From Spirochaetia bacterium (GTDB lineage Bacteria > Spirochaetota > Spirochaetia > DSM-2461): 64,000 nucleotides of DNA. The notes under the pieces were generated by a model that had not been told where the DNA came from, searched no databases, and saw only the letters and a list, made by a program, of their open reading frames with translations. Numbering within the stretch: the stretch's first letter is position 1; each line of letters begins with the position of its first letter. Positions 8,817 to 19,634 of this stretch are shown in pieces. The DNA is taken from NCBI GenBank assembly GCA_963668315.1, contig OY764216.1, positions 4,192,001 through 4,256,000 of the forward strand. Direction: 5' to 3'. Made by a program: the position numbers and the translations under genes.

Positions 8817-10060
8817 TTGACGGCTCCTTCCGATTCAAAGGTATAGATTTTTCTCTTGCGCGGGATGATGCCGCCGGGACGGAAAATCATCATCAGAACC
8901 AGAGCGATACCGAAAATCAGCATGCGGTATTCCGAGAAGGAACGGAAGTACTCGGGAAGCATGATCATCAGGATGGATCCGAAGATGACGCCCGGTATGG
9001 ATCCCATACCGCCGAGAACGACAACACAGAGGATAATGATCGATTCCCAGAGGGTAAAACTCTCCGGGTTGATAAATGTGGTTTTCGCGGCGAGAAGAAC
9101 ACCGGCGAAACCGGCCCAGAAGGCCCCGACGGCGAAGGACGCCAGCTTGGCCCGGGTCAGGTCGATACCCATGGACTGGGCGGCGATTTCGTCTTCCCTC
9201 ATGGCTTCCCAGGCCCGTCCGATCTTGGAGTCCTCCAGATTTTTGACGACCTTTATAGAGATAAGCACAAGAGCCAGGGCGATGAAATAGATATATTTCG
9301 CCGCCATGATGGGGTTCACCTTCATTCCCAGAAGCCAGGGGCGGGGTATCTGGCTGATTCCGCTCGGTCCCAGGGTTATCTGCCCTTCGTTCTGAAGGAA
9401 CATTCTGATGATCTCCCCGAATGCCAGGGTGACGATAGCCAGATAGTCTCCCCTCAGTCTGATAACGGGAAGACAGATGAGAAAGCCGAAAACAAGGGAG
9501 ATGATGGCGGCGCCCGGTACGGCGATCCAGAACATGAGTCCCGTGTTAATCCCCCATTCAATGAATTTCGGCCCCACATAGGTGAAAAAGAGGCCGTAAG
9601 AGTAGGCTCCCACCGCATAGAAAGCGGCGTATCCCAGGTTAAGGAGTCCGCCGTATCCCACAACGATATTCAATCCCAGTCCCAGAATGATGTAGATCAG
9701 GACGGAAATCATAACATTCGTCTGATACATGGAGAAGAGAAAGGGGAAGGACAGGAGAAACAGGGCCAGCACGGCCAGGGACGGGCGGGAGTACTTTTTC
9801 TGACCGAGAAGGGTTCCTATGATATTCTTAGACTCTTTCTTGCTGGAATTCTTTCTTCTTTCCAGCATGTATCTCCAGAAGAAGGAGAGCACGAAAAAGG
9901 CAACGGCGATGATAGGTACATTGGTCCAGCGCCAGGTTATGGTGGCCTGCCCCTGGATAATGGCGACTTTCATGACCATCAGGGGAAAAGTTAGAAAGAC
10001 AAACCAGACGGCTGCCAGAGTAGACTGTTTAAGTTCTTTTTTCCAATCGATATTCTGCAT
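8813..10060 (-). CDS. livM: Branched-chain amino acid ABC transporter permease
   Basis: 'GLNIVVGYGGLLNLGYAAF', 'RLRGDYLAIVTLAFGE'; start set at MQNIDWK downstream of livH. Confidence 0.93.
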   Translation of the reverse strand: MQNIDWKKELKQSTLAAVWFVFLTFPLMVMKVAIIQGQATITWRWTNVPIIAVAFFVLSFFWRYMLERRKNSSKKESKNIIGTLLGQKKYSRPSLAVLALFLLSFPFLFSMYQTNVMISVLIYIILGLGLNIVVGYGGLLNLGYAAFYAVGAYSYGLFFTYVGPKFIEWGINTGLMFWIAVPGAAIISLVFGFLICLPVIRLRGDYLAIVTLAFGEIIRMFLQNEGQITLGPSGISQIPRPWLLGMKVNPIMAAKYIYFIALALVLISIKVVKNLEDSKIGRAWEAMREDEIAAQSMGIDLTRAKLASFAVGAFWAGFAGVLLAAKTTFINPESFTLWESIIILCVVVLGGMGSIPGVIFGSILMIMLPEYFRSFSEYRMLIFGIALVLMMIFRPGGIIPRKRKIYTFESEGAVK

Positions 10061-10070
10061 CACTTCCCCC

Positions 10071-10973
10071 TTAAACCTTTTTGATCTCTTTTTTGCCGAG
10101 CAGACCGGAGGGACGTACCAGGAGAATGATGATGAGAATGATAAAGGCGAAGGCGTCTTCGTAATCACTGGAAAGATAGCCGGCTCCGAAACTCTCGGTC
10201 CAGCCCAGGACGAAACTTCCCAGTACGGCGCCGGGAATGGAACCGATTCCGCCGAGAACAGCGGCGACAAAGGCCTTGATACCGGCGATAAAGCCGATAT
10301 AATAGTTGATCTGCCCCATGTAGGAACAGATGAGAACACCGCCCAGGGCCGCCGTGGCCGAGCCGAGCAGGAAGGTGACGGAAATGACCTGGTTGACGTT
10401 GATGCCGACCAGCTGGGCCATATCCTTATCCTGAGCCGTGGCTCTCATGGCTTTACCCATCTTTGTATACTGAATCATCAGAGTAAAGAGCACCATCACC
10501 ACAGCGGTGGTAATGAGGATGAAAAACTGATTCGAATTTAAAATTCCCTTGATTCCTTCAAGAAAGGCGAACTGGGGCACCCAGTTGGGAAAGGGAACGA
10601 AGTTAGACGTCTGAACGAGCAGAACATAATTCTGCAGGAAGATAGACATACCTATCGCGCTGATCAGCGCGGAAAGGCGGGGCGAGTTCCTTAACGGTTT
10701 ATAAGCGATTTTCTCAAGGGTCACGCCGTAGGCGGCGGCCCATACCATGGCGGAAAGCAGCGCCACGATCAGGATGAGAATGGTAGGAACCCCTGCGGCG
10801 GCCATTGTGGCGCCGATTATGAGAGCCGTAAAAGCTCCGATCATGTAGATTTCACCGTGGGCGAAGTTTATGAGCTGTATGATACCGTAGACCATGGTAT
10901 ATCCCAGCGCGATAAGAGCGTAGATGCTCCCCTTCACAGTCCCACTCATGAAAAGCTGAATAAAATATTCCAT
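10071..10973 (-). CDS. livH: Branched-chain amino acid ABC transporter permease
   Basis: 'GSIYALIALGYTMVYGIIQLINFAHGE', 'KAFVAAVLGGIGSIPGA'; start may be 11006. Confidence 0.93.
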   Translation of the reverse strand: MEYFIQLFMSGTVKGSIYALIALGYTMVYGIIQLINFAHGEIYMIGAFTALIIGATMAAAGVPTILILIVALLSAMVWAAAYGVTLEKIAYKPLRNSPRLSALISAIGMSIFLQNYVLLVQTSNFVPFPNWVPQFAFLEGIKGILNSNQFFILITTAVVMVLFTLMIQYTKMGKAMRATAQDKDMAQLVGINVNQVISVTFLLGSATAALGGVLICSYMGQINYYIGFIAGIKAFVAAVLGGIGSIPGAVLGSFVLGWTESFGAGYLSSDYEDAFAFIILIIILLVRPSGLLGKKEIKKV

Positions 10974-11160
10974 AAGCGATCCAATCGGAACGGATAGACG
11001 TTCCATTTCGTTTTTTTCATAAATGCCCGGCGCCGGAGAGCACCGAAAGCACAGAGCGATATCTCTTACGGAGATATTCCTCTCTGCCTTTTACCAATAA
11101 GGGGGCAGCCGGCCGGATAAAGGCAGACAAACCCCCTCTTTGGTAGACCTGCAGGCCTAA

Positions 11161-12264
11161 CTATTTAACTTCCACGTAAGTTCCGTTCTTTACCTGGTAA
11201 ACAACGAATCCTACGCCGATGGCTTCACCACTGTCGTCAAAGCTGATGCTTCCCAGGGGGGTATCAACATAGTTGGAGGTCAGAGCGTCTCTGATGGCGC
11301 TGTACTCGGTGCTGTCAGCCATATCAATGGCATTGCAGACGGCGAGCATGGCGGCATAGGCGTTATAGAAGAAGGCACCGGGCTCTTCGCCGTATTTGGC
11401 GAGGTGATCTTCGGCAGCTTTCTTGTACATGGGGTTGGAGCTCGTATCGATGGGTCCGGTAGCGTAAACGCCTTCGGCGAATTCACCGGCTACGTCGATA
11501 AAAGTCTGGTCCTTGACACCGTCGTCGGAAAGGAAGGGAATGGTCATTCCCTTGTTCTTCATCTGGGTGACAAGCTTGGAAGCTTCGGGGTGGTAACCGC
11601 CCCATACGAGAGCTTCGGCACCGGCGTTGGCGACTTTATTGATTACGGCGCTGTAATCAACACCACCGGGAGTTACACCTTCGAAAAGAACAACTTCCAT
11701 ACCGGCGGAGGGAGCCATCTGCTGAACGAGTTCGGCAAAGCCCTTACCGTAGTCGCCCTTGTCGTGAAGAACGGCAATTTTCTTGAGTCCCAGAGTCTTC
11801 ATGAACTCAACTTCGGTGATGGCCTGAGCGTCATCGGAAGCGATGGTTCTGAAAAAGTTGGGGTAGGTACCGTCACAGAGAGCGGTGTTGGTAGCGGAAG
11901 GGGATACGGTCAGAAGATCGGAATCCTTGTAAATACCAAGAGCCGCCTTGGTAGCTCCGGAACAGATGTGGCCGATAACAGCGGTAACGCCCTCGCCCAC
12001 CAGCTTGGAAGCGGTGTTGGTGGCAATTTCGGGTTTACACTGATCGTCTTCCACGACAACCTCGATCATCTTGCCGTCGATACCGCCCTCGGCGTTAATC
12101 ATTTCAGCAACGAGCTGTACGGCATTAACCGTGGGAAGGCCGTAAGAGGCCAGGTCTCCGGTATGGGCTCCGCCTACACCGATTTTGATTGTGTCGCTGG
12201 CGCCGTTTGCAAATAGCAGACCGCTGACAGCAACAAAAACCAGAAGTAAAGATAATTTCTTCAT
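11161..12264 (-). CDS. livK: Branched-chain amino acid ABC substrate-binding protein (LivJ/LivK family)
   Basis: Signal peptide 'LLFANGASD'; 'EDDQCKP', 'VIGHICSGAT', 'FFRTIASDDAQ'; first gene of liv operon. Confidence 0.9.
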   Translation of the reverse strand: MKKLSLLLVFVAVSGLLFANGASDTIKIGVGGAHTGDLASYGLPTVNAVQLVAEMINAEGGIDGKMIEVVVEDDQCKPEIATNTASKLVGEGVTAVIGHICSGATKAALGIYKDSDLLTVSPSATNTALCDGTYPNFFRTIASDDAQAITEVEFMKTLGLKKIAVLHDKGDYGKGFAELVQQMAPSAGMEVVLFEGVTPGGVDYSAVINKVANAGAEALVWGGYHPEASKLVTQMKNKGMTIPFLSDDGVKDQTFIDVAGEFAEGVYATGPIDTSSNPMYKKAAEDHLAKYGEEPGAFFYNAYAAMLAVCNAIDMADSTEYSAIRDALTSNYVDTPLGSISFDDSGEAIGVGFVVYQVKNGTYVEVK

Positions 12265-12321
12265 TGACTTTCTCCTTTTCCTTTTACTTTAATGACTAAC
12301 CCTATTATGAAACTAGGAAAA

Positions 12322-12351
12322 AGTCAATTCTTTATGGCAAAGTGTTGCCAT
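12322..12351 (-). promoter_or_regulatory. Inverted repeat ATGGCAA-N4-TTGCCAT just upstream of a TTGACT -35 box of livK
   Basis: Repeat at 12334-12351; TTGACT on minus strand at 12327-12322; related motif at 32884 and 52594. Confidence 0.55.
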
Positions 12352-12379
12352 GAAATAGAATTTTTCCACGTTTCTCGGA

Positions 12380-13816
12380 TTAAATCTCCTTCAATACTGC
12401 GGAAATCAGAGAATAAATGTCTTTAAGCGATGGAATAAGAAGTCTTTCATCGGGAGAATGGGGATTCAGGATTGTCGGTCCCAGAGAGATCATATCCATT
12501 CCCCTGTATTTACTTCCGATAACACCCGTTTCCAGACCGGCATGGATAACCTCTACGACCGGCTCTTTGCCAAAAAGCCCCCTGTAGATCTCACTGAAGA
12601 GCCGGAGCAGCGGACTGTCCCAGTCGGGCTGCCAGGCGGGATACTTGTTCTTTCTTACGATATTCGCACAGCCGGCTTGCCGGGCGGCCGCCTCGGTCCG
12701 CAGGGTCACTTCATCGAGACGGCTCATGACGGAACTGCGCTGACTGGTCCTGAAATGAAAGGCTCCCTCCTTCCTGATGACCGCAGCCAGATTGGCCGAT
12801 GTCTCCACCAGGCCTTCGATCTCCCGGGAAAGGGCCATGACGCCGTGGGGCACGGTGACGATAAGGTCGGTGAAGGAACGGGCGGAATTCACAGAAAGGC
12901 AGGAGTATTCCCCCTCCCTGCCGGATGAGAGGGTGAACTTCAGGGCGGAATCCGCCCCGTCAAGCTCGCCTTTCAGTATCTCCTCCCAGCGGGCCAGTTC
13001 TCTCTTCAGAAAATCAATTTTCTCACCGCCGACCACAAGCAGGGCTTCCGCCCTCCGGGCGATGGCATTGGTGGCCCCGGAGCCGCTCTCCAGGTTAGCC
13101 AGCCTGACCGAATCCCCCAGAAGGGAGGAGAGGACACGGCCCATGATGACGAGGGCCGAACCCTTACCCTTATTTATATCCATCCCCGAATGTCCCCCGG
13201 AAAGACCGTCCAGAATAATTTCACAGGGTATGCCCCTGATCTGCTCCCATTCGCCTTCAAGATCAAAAAAACAGTCGTTCCCGCCAGCGCAGCCCACGGT
13301 GAAGTACCCCTCCTCCTCGGAATCGAGATTAATCAGGGTGGAACCCGAAAGGAATCCCGGCTCCAGGGCATTGGCGCCGTCCAGGCCGATCTCCTCATCG
13401 CTGGTGACGAGGATCTCCAGGGGTGGATGGGCTAATTCTGTATTGACGGCCACATCAAAGGCGATGGCCAGGGCGATTCCGTTATCGGCGCCCAGAGTCG
13501 TGTCCCTTGCCTTCAGCCACTCCCCTTCCCGGTAAAGATCAAGGGGATCGGCGTCAAAATCATGATCCGACGAGGGGGTCTTCTCGCATACCATATCGGA
13601 GTGGCCCTGCAGAATAACCACCGGCTTGCCCTCATAACCGGGCGAGGCGGGCACGCTAATCAGAATATTATCGTATCCGTCCACGCGACAGGGAAATCCC
13701 TGCTCCTCCGCCCAGGCGGTGATCCAGTCTCTTATCGGCCCCCGGTTGCCCGATTTGCGGGGTACGGAGGAAATTTGCTCGAAAACGGTCAGTACGTTCT
13801 CTGTTCTGTCTGTCAT
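12380..13816 (-). CDS. pepD: Aminoacyl-histidine dipeptidase (M20 family)
   Basis: 'LQGHSDMVCEK', 'TTLGADNGI', 'DEEIGL', 'NLDSEEEG', 'GGHSGMDI', 'IHAGLETG', 'HSPDE'. Confidence 0.92.
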   Translation of the reverse strand: MTDRTENVLTVFEQISSVPRKSGNRGPIRDWITAWAEEQGFPCRVDGYDNILISVPASPGYEGKPVVILQGHSDMVCEKTPSSDHDFDADPLDLYREGEWLKARDTTLGADNGIALAIAFDVAVNTELAHPPLEILVTSDEEIGLDGANALEPGFLSGSTLINLDSEEEGYFTVGCAGGNDCFFDLEGEWEQIRGIPCEIILDGLSGGHSGMDINKGKGSALVIMGRVLSSLLGDSVRLANLESGSGATNAIARRAEALLVVGGEKIDFLKRELARWEEILKGELDGADSALKFTLSSGREGEYSCLSVNSARSFTDLIVTVPHGVMALSREIEGLVETSANLAAVIRKEGAFHFRTSQRSSVMSRLDEVTLRTEAAARQAGCANIVRKNKYPAWQPDWDSPLLRLFSEIYRGLFGKEPVVEVIHAGLETGVIGSKYRGMDMISLGPTILNPHSPDERLLIPSLKDIYSLISAVLKEI

Positions 13817-15387
13817 TGGGAACTCCTTTTCTTTCGAATGTTCTCTATGATAAAAAGGGCGATAACACCGCAGGAGGCGATAAGGACGGCCAGGTCAAAC
13901 CACTCTCCCGTCCGGGTAAAAAGGGTTGTTCTCCCCGTATATACGGGGGTGTCGTAGGTCAGATACCCTTCGGTAAAAGGCTCAAGCGAGGAAAGGATTT
14001 CCCCGTTGGGGGAGATCACCGCGGTGAAACCGGAACAGGTGGACCTCACCATGGAACGGCGGTTCTCCACGCTCCTGAAAACCGCCATGGAGCCGTGCTG
14101 CATGCAGCAGGCGGGCGAAGGAGACCAGGCATCGTTGGTGATATTGACGAAAACTTCCGCCCCCTCCTTGGCAAAGCCTCTGGCCAGATAGGGAAAAACA
14201 TCCTCATAGCAGATCATGGCGGAAAATTTAACCCCCTTCTGTTCCATGACGGTCCATTCGTCTCCGCTTTCGTAAACCGCCGCGCCCTGGTCTATGATAT
14301 ACTGGGCCAGACGGGGAAAGATTTTGTTGTAGGGCGAAGGAAAATACTCGCCGAAGGGCACGAGGTGAAGCTTGTGATACCTGTCGGTAATCTCCCCATC
14401 CTCAAAAAGCAGGGCGGCGTTCCAGCTCTTGCGCTCGCCGTTTTCCATGACCGAATCGTTATTGCCGATGATAAAGTCCGTACCGGACTCCTTGAGAAAA
14501 GTCCTCAGCTTTTTGATCAGCACAAGCTTCTCCGGCTCCTGCCTGTACCTTTCGTGCCACTCCACCGAAGGGACGAAGGAGGTTTCCGACCAGATAACCA
14601 CATCGGGGCTGTCCTTCTCTATAGCCTCGGAAGAGAGGCGCGCCAGGGCTTCGTAAGACCTTTTATACTGCTCCATATTGCTGCGCCAGGCGTCCTGATT
14701 ATGCTGAATAAGGGTGGTACGCCAGACGGGGCTGTCCGAATAATCCACTCGGGAAGCAAAACCATAGGCATTGACCGCCAGAAATACGGCGGCATAGACC
14801 GCTGCCGGCTTCAGGGATTTCCACGTGAGCCATTGACCGGGTTTGACATAGTTGATCAGCCAGGCGAGATAGGCGGAGGGGATGACGACCAGCGCCGAGA
14901 CGCCCAGAACGCCGGTAATATCGGAAATGCCTATCAGTGACAGAAATCGATACTGGGTATAGCCGATAATGCCATAGCTGTATCCGATAAATCCCTTGGT
15001 CCTCACCACTTCGTAAAACAGCCAGAAAAGCGTCTGGAGCAGCCAGGAATAGCGGGGCACTTTACTGTCGGCCCATTTGAAGAGGGGGAAAAAGAGGGCG
15101 AAGAAACCGGCATAGATGACGGGCACGACCACATAGGATACGGGATTGAATATTTCAAGCCAGAAATTGAAAATGCGGTAGGTGACAAAGCCGTAGAAGG
15201 CGCCGTAGAGAACCGATTTTCCCCAGCCCGACCTGTGAATGACGACGAAGACGGGAATCAGGGAGAACCAGGCAAGGAATCCCAGCCCCCAATCGTTGAG
15301 AAAACTGGGAAAAGCCAGGGAAAAAAGAAGAGAAGACAGAGCCAGAAGCCCCAATTCCAGTAAGATGGTGACAATGTTTTTTTTCAT
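13813..15387 (-). CDS. lnt: Apolipoprotein N-acyltransferase
   Basis: Multi-TM N-terminus plus nitrilase triad 'WSET', 'YHKLHLVPFGEY', 'ICYED', 'TNDAW'. Confidence 0.93.
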   Translation of the reverse strand: MKKNIVTILLELGLLALSSLLFSLAFPSFLNDWGLGFLAWFSLIPVFVVIHRSGWGKSVLYGAFYGFVTYRIFNFWLEIFNPVSYVVVPVIYAGFFALFFPLFKWADSKVPRYSWLLQTLFWLFYEVVRTKGFIGYSYGIIGYTQYRFLSLIGISDITGVLGVSALVVIPSAYLAWLINYVKPGQWLTWKSLKPAAVYAAVFLAVNAYGFASRVDYSDSPVWRTTLIQHNQDAWRSNMEQYKRSYEALARLSSEAIEKDSPDVVIWSETSFVPSVEWHERYRQEPEKLVLIKKLRTFLKESGTDFIIGNNDSVMENGERKSWNAALLFEDGEITDRYHKLHLVPFGEYFPSPYNKIFPRLAQYIIDQGAAVYESGDEWTVMEQKGVKFSAMICYEDVFPYLARGFAKEGAEVFVNITNDAWSPSPACCMQHGSMAVFRSVENRRSMVRSTCSGFTAVISPNGEILSSLEPFTEGYLTYDTPVYTGRTTLFTRTGEWFDLAVLIASCGVIALFIIENIRKKRSSQ

Positions 15388-15556
15388 ATAATTCTTTTAT
15401 ACCGCTCCTTCTCTGAAGTCTGACCATTATAGAATAAGACCCCTTTTTTTAAAAGGCCTTCCCCTTGTCCCGCACGGGGCAAGAAGTGTAAGATAACGGG
15501 CGCCGGAAAAATTCCGGCGTTTATCCGGCCGGGAAGGCCCACTCAGGAGGAAATAA

Positions 15557-16615
15557 ATGCCGTCTACCCATGGGGGGCTCGATTACAAAGGGCTGATAGA
15601 AGCGGGAATAGACCCGGAGAAAGTCATAGATTTCAGCGTGAGCATTAATCCCCAGCCCCTTCCCGAAGAGGTTTACTCCGCCTTCCGAAATGCCTCCATT
15701 GAAAGGTATCCCGACTCATCCTCCCATGTACTCAAAAGGGAAATCGCCGCCTCCTACGGCCTCGCGGAAGAGGAGATACTCGTGGTAAACGGCACGTCCC
15801 AGGCGGTATTCCTCATCGCTGCGGCCTACTTAAAGGAAACGACCCCCTGGATTCTGGCGGGCCCCACCTATTCGGAATATGCCGACGCCTGCCGCCTCTG
15901 CTCCCCCCGGGAGATACGGATTGACAGCGTGGAGGAAGATATTTTCCGCCCTTCCGCCGATAAGCTGATTGAAGCGATGAAGCGGGAAAGGCCTGCCCTC
16001 CTCTGGCTCTGCAGTCCCAATAATCCCACCGGTACGGTTCTCCCCGAGGAGGATTTCCACAGAATAGCCGACGCCGCCCTGGAAACGGGCACACTGTTCA
16101 TACTGGACGAGGCCTACCGCTGTTTCACCCCCAGCTCCCTCCGCTATAAAACGGAAAGGGAAGGGGTGGTGAACCTTCGCTCCATGACAAAGGATTTCTC
16201 CATTCCCGGTCTGCGGCTGGGGTACGTCCGGGCGAACCGCGCCGTCATAGCGAAACTGGCCGAAAGACAGCCGGAATGGAGCGTTTCCGCCCCGGCCCAG
16301 GATGCCGGCGTGGCGGCATTGAGAAAAAGGGACTATTTTGAGGAGAGCTGGCGCATTACCATAGGAATGACCGAAGAGTTCCGGCAGGCCGTGGAAGCAG
16401 CCGGATACGAGACCTTTCCCACGGGAAGCAATTTTTTCCTGGTGAAAACGGAAAACCTGGAAAGCCTGAAGAAAGCCCTCTGGAAAGAGCTGATTACGGT
16501 CAGGGACTGCGCGTCCTTCGGCCTGCAAAATATCATGAGGCTGGGAACACGGTCCGTAGAGGACAATGCCCGGCTGGTTTCGCTATTGAAAAAGGAGAGA
16601 GAGCGATGCATTTAG
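15557..16615 (+). CDS. PLP-dependent class I/II enzyme, CobD (threonine-phosphate decarboxylase)/HisC-like
   Basis: 'HGG', 'IDFSVSINP', 'CSPNNPTG', 'DEAY', 'RSMTKDFSIPGLRLGY'. Confidence 0.8.
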   Translation: MPSTHGGLDYKGLIEAGIDPEKVIDFSVSINPQPLPEEVYSAFRNASIERYPDSSSHVLKREIAASYGLAEEEILVVNGTSQAVFLIAAAYLKETTPWILAGPTYSEYADACRLCSPREIRIDSVEEDIFRPSADKLIEAMKRERPALLWLCSPNNPTGTVLPEEDFHRIADAALETGTLFILDEAYRCFTPSSLRYKTEREGVVNLRSMTKDFSIPGLRLGYVRANRAVIAKLAERQPEWSVSAPAQDAGVAALRKRDYFEESWRITIGMTEEFRQAVEAAGYETFPTGSNFFLVKTENLESLKKALWKELITVRDCASFGLQNIMRLGTRSVEDNARLVSLLKKERERCI

Positions 16616-17211
16616 TCTGTCTGGATCTGGAAGGGGTCCTGGTACCGGAAATCTGGATAAATTTTGCCGAAGACACGGGGATAGAAGAGCTCCGTATGAC
16701 AACCCGGGACGAGCCGGATTACAATGTGCTTATGAGAAAGCGCCTGGATATCCTTGACCGGGAAGGGCTGAAACTGCCGGATATCCAGAAAGTCATCGGC
16801 CGGATGGATCCCCTGCCGGGCGCCTTGGATTTCCTGGAAGAGCTGAGAAGCAAGACCCAGGTTATCATCCTCTCCGACACCTTTGAGGAGTTCGCCAAGC
16901 CCCTGATGAAAAAACTGAAGTGGCCCACCCTCTTCTGCAACAGTCTCGTGATCGACGGGGAAGGAAGGATCAGCGACTTCACCCTGCGGCAGCAGGACGG
17001 CAAGAGAAAAGCCGTGGAAGCTTTCAAGTCCACGGGAACCAGGCTTTTCGCCGCAGGTGATTCCTATAACGATGTGAGTATGCTTCTCAAAGCGGACAAG
17101 GGCACCCTTTTCCGTTCGCCCCTATCCATTCAGAAAGAGTTCCCCCAGCTGCCCGCCGTGGAGGAGTACAGAGACCTGATGAATCACATCGATGATTTCA
17201 TCGCTCTCTAA
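16606..17211 (+). CDS. thrH: Bifunctional phosphoserine phosphatase / homoserine phosphotransferase (HAD)
   Basis: 'CLDLEGVLVPEIWI', 'TTRDEPDY', 'ILSDTF', 'AAGDSYND'. Confidence 0.92.
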   Translation: MHLVCLDLEGVLVPEIWINFAEDTGIEELRMTTRDEPDYNVLMRKRLDILDREGLKLPDIQKVIGRMDPLPGALDFLEELRSKTQVIILSDTFEEFAKPLMKKLKWPTLFCNSLVIDGEGRISDFTLRQQDGKRKAVEAFKSTGTRLFAAGDSYNDVSMLLKADKGTLFRSPLSIQKEFPQLPAVEEYRDLMNHIDDFIAL

Positions 17212-17230
17212 ATACCGGCCCTGAGGGCCC

Positions 17231-19633
17231 CTAATACCGGTCGAGAACGGCTGAGAGGTGTTCGAATTCCACTCTCATTTCTTCGATGAGAGAGGCGATC
17301 GGCTCCTTGATGCCGTCCCGGGCGGTAAACTCGAGTTTTTCCGCCACATTGCCCAGCCTGGCCATATCCAGATTACGGGAGCTCCCCTTGATGGAGTGGG
17401 CTATCTCCCGTATGCTTTCCAGGTCATTTTCATTTTTATCATCAATGAGAGATCTCATCTGGCCGGAGACCTTTTTCCTGAAGGGCTCGAGCAGTCCCAG
17501 CAGGGTCTCCTTATCGCCCAGGAAGGTGTCCACGGCGGCTTCAAAATTGAAAATATCCTTCTCTTCAATCCCGTCGGATTCGGTGACATCCACCTGTTCG
17601 GCGTCAAAAACAGCCGCTGCGGGAGCAGGATTACCGTCCTCTTCCTCTCCATGGGAAAAGAATTTATACAAGACGGCCATGATATCCCTTTTCTTGAACG
17701 GCTTGGTGATCAGATCATTCATACCGCATTTCTCGCACTTTTCCCGCTCGTTGGAGATAGCGCTGGCCGTGACGGCCACGACGGGGATATCAAAACCCAG
17801 CCGCCGGATCTCCTCCGTCGCCTCGTAACCGTTCATGATCGGCATCTGGCAGTCCATGAAAATGAGGTCGGGCCTGGATTTTCGGACCGATTCCACGGCC
17901 AGTTTCCCATTATCCACACAGCGGACGAGACAGGAAAGCCGCTCCAGGATCGTCCTGAAAAGCTGCTGATTAACCAGATGGTCTTCCACCACCAGTATAT
18001 CCTTGCCAATCCAGTCGGCCACGGCCGCCTCAAGAACCACTTCCCTGTCGTCGACCGATTCCAGCTCGGGAATAAGTTCGTCGGGACTCTCCCCCTCGGG
18101 ACTCTGATTAAGGACGGAATACATCTTCTCCAGCAGATCGCGCTTGCTGATGGGTTTGGTCAGATAATCGTCAAACCAGCCCAGAAGCTTCATCTTGGCC
18201 TCATCGCTTCCCTTGCCCTTCAGCGAAGTGAGAATCAGGGGCATGGCCTTGAGGTTCTCGTCGGCACGGATCTCGCTGGCCATCTGCCACCCGTCCATTT
18301 TCCTCATGGCCTGATCCACGATACAGACGTCGTAGCTGTCCGGTCCGCCCCCTTCCCTGAGCAGAGCCAGACCGTCTTCCCCGTTGGAGGCTTCCACGAC
18401 GCGGCAGCCCCACTCCTCCAGATATCCCTTCGTAATGGAACGGATCTTTTCGTTATCATCCACCAGAAGAATGGTCACACCCTTATAGAAGTCATCGGCC
18501 ACCCTGCCAATGGAAGACTCCTTGGCGCCCCTTTGAAGATCCAGATGGAAAAAGAAGCATGACCCCTCCCCTTCCTTGCTGGTCACGCCCATATTGCCGC
18601 CCATCATATTCACAAGGTTGCGGGAGATAAAAAGGCCCAGACCGGTTCCTCCGTATTTCCTCGTGGTGGAACTGTCGGCCTGCTGAAAGGCCGAGAAAAG
18701 CTTGGCCTGCTGTTCCCTGGTAATGCCGATACCCGAATCCTCCACCTCAAAAACCAGGTGGACCATGCCTCCCGATTCGCCCTCGCATCTCGCTTTGAGG
18801 ATAATCTGTCCCTTACTGGTGAATTTCCGGGCGTTGCTGATAAGATTCGTTATGATCTGCCTTATGCGAAAGGGATCGCCGATGACATACTGGGGCACGT
18901 TCGATTCGACCCAGAAAGCCAGCTCGAGCCCCTTCTTGTGAACTTCCAGAGTCTCCAGATTTATCAGGGCCTCCAGCAGTTGATAAAGGTCGAACTCGGT
19001 ATACTCAATCTCTATCTTGCCCGCTTCAATCTTGGAAATGTCCAGGATATCGTTGACGAGGGACAGGAGAACCGATGCGGCGAACTGGATCTGGGAGCTG
19101 TATTCCTGCTGCTCCTCGTCCAGATTCGTCTCTGCCATCAGATCGGACATGCCGATGATGGTATGGATAGGCGTTCTGATCTCATGACTCGTGTTTGCCA
19201 GGATTTCGCTCTTTCCCCGGGTAGCCGCCTCGGCTTCCTCTTTGGCCCTTCTCTGCCGGGCTTCCAGTTCTTTGATATGGGTGATATCGGTAATAAGCAT
19301 GACCAGTCCCCGGAACCCGTTCTTCTCCACCTTCTTGATCGTCAGCTGCCACCAGCGCACGCCTTCGGGCTTGCTGCTGTTGAAGCGGGAGATAATGTTC
19401 AGGCTGACTTTGCGGCTCTCCATGAAGAGGGTGAACTGGGTTTCCCAGGCTTTTTTGTCCTGGTAGGCGATATACTGGGAAATATTCATACCCGCCCGGG
19501 GGCGGCTTTTTACCATGCGGCAGAAGGAGCTGTTGACTTTGAGGATCGTTCCCTCCCTGTCAAGAAAGGCCACGCCCTCGGGAGCGTCTGAAAAAAGATC
19601 GGCCATACTGAAGGAGTGGAAAAGATCTTTCAT
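17231..19633 (-). CDS. Cytoplasmic hybrid histidine kinase PAS-HisKA-HATPase-REC-REC-HPt
   Basis: '[10 protein letters not shown]', '[10 protein letters not shown]', 'DSGIGI', 'GGTGLGL', two receiver domains, HPt 'IAHSIKGSS'. Confidence 0.93.
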   Translation of the reverse strand: MKDLFHSFSMADLFSDAPEGVAFLDREGTILKVNSSFCRMVKSRPRAGMNISQYIAYQDKKAWETQFTLFMESRKVSLNIISRFNSSKPEGVRWWQLTIKKVEKNGFRGLVMLITDITHIKELEARQRRAKEEAEAATRGKSEILANTSHEIRTPIHTIIGMSDLMAETNLDEEQQEYSSQIQFAASVLLSLVNDILDISKIEAGKIEIEYTEFDLYQLLEALINLETLEVHKKGLELAFWVESNVPQYVIGDPFRIRQIITNLISNARKFTSKGQIILKARCEGESGGMVHLVFEVEDSGIGITREQQAKLFSAFQQADSSTTRKYGGTGLGLFISRNLVNMMGGNMGVTSKEGEGSCFFFHLDLQRGAKESSIGRVADDFYKGVTILLVDDNEKIRSITKGYLEEWGCRVVEASNGEDGLALLREGGGPDSYDVCIVDQAMRKMDGWQMASEIRADENLKAMPLILTSLKGKGSDEAKMKLLGWFDDYLTKPISKRDLLEKMYSVLNQSPEGESPDELIPELESVDDREVVLEAAVADWIGKDILVVEDHLVNQQLFRTILERLSCLVRCVDNGKLAVESVRKSRPDLIFMDCQMPIMNGYEATEEIRRLGFDIPVVAVTASAISNEREKCEKCGMNDLITKPFKKRDIMAVLYKFFSHGEEEDGNPAPAAAVFDAEQVDVTESDGIEEKDIFNFEAAVDTFLGDKETLLGLLEPFRKKVSGQMRSLIDDKNENDLESIREIAHSIKGSSRNLDMARLGNVAEKLEFTARDGIKEPIASLIEEMRVEFEHLSAVLDRY

Positions 19634-19634
19634 C

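Noticed and set aside
12334..12351. TGGCA...TTGC as a sigma54 promoter
   Set aside because: GG-to-GC spacing is 9 nt here and at 32884, whereas sigma54 needs 10. Treated as a palindromic factor site instead.
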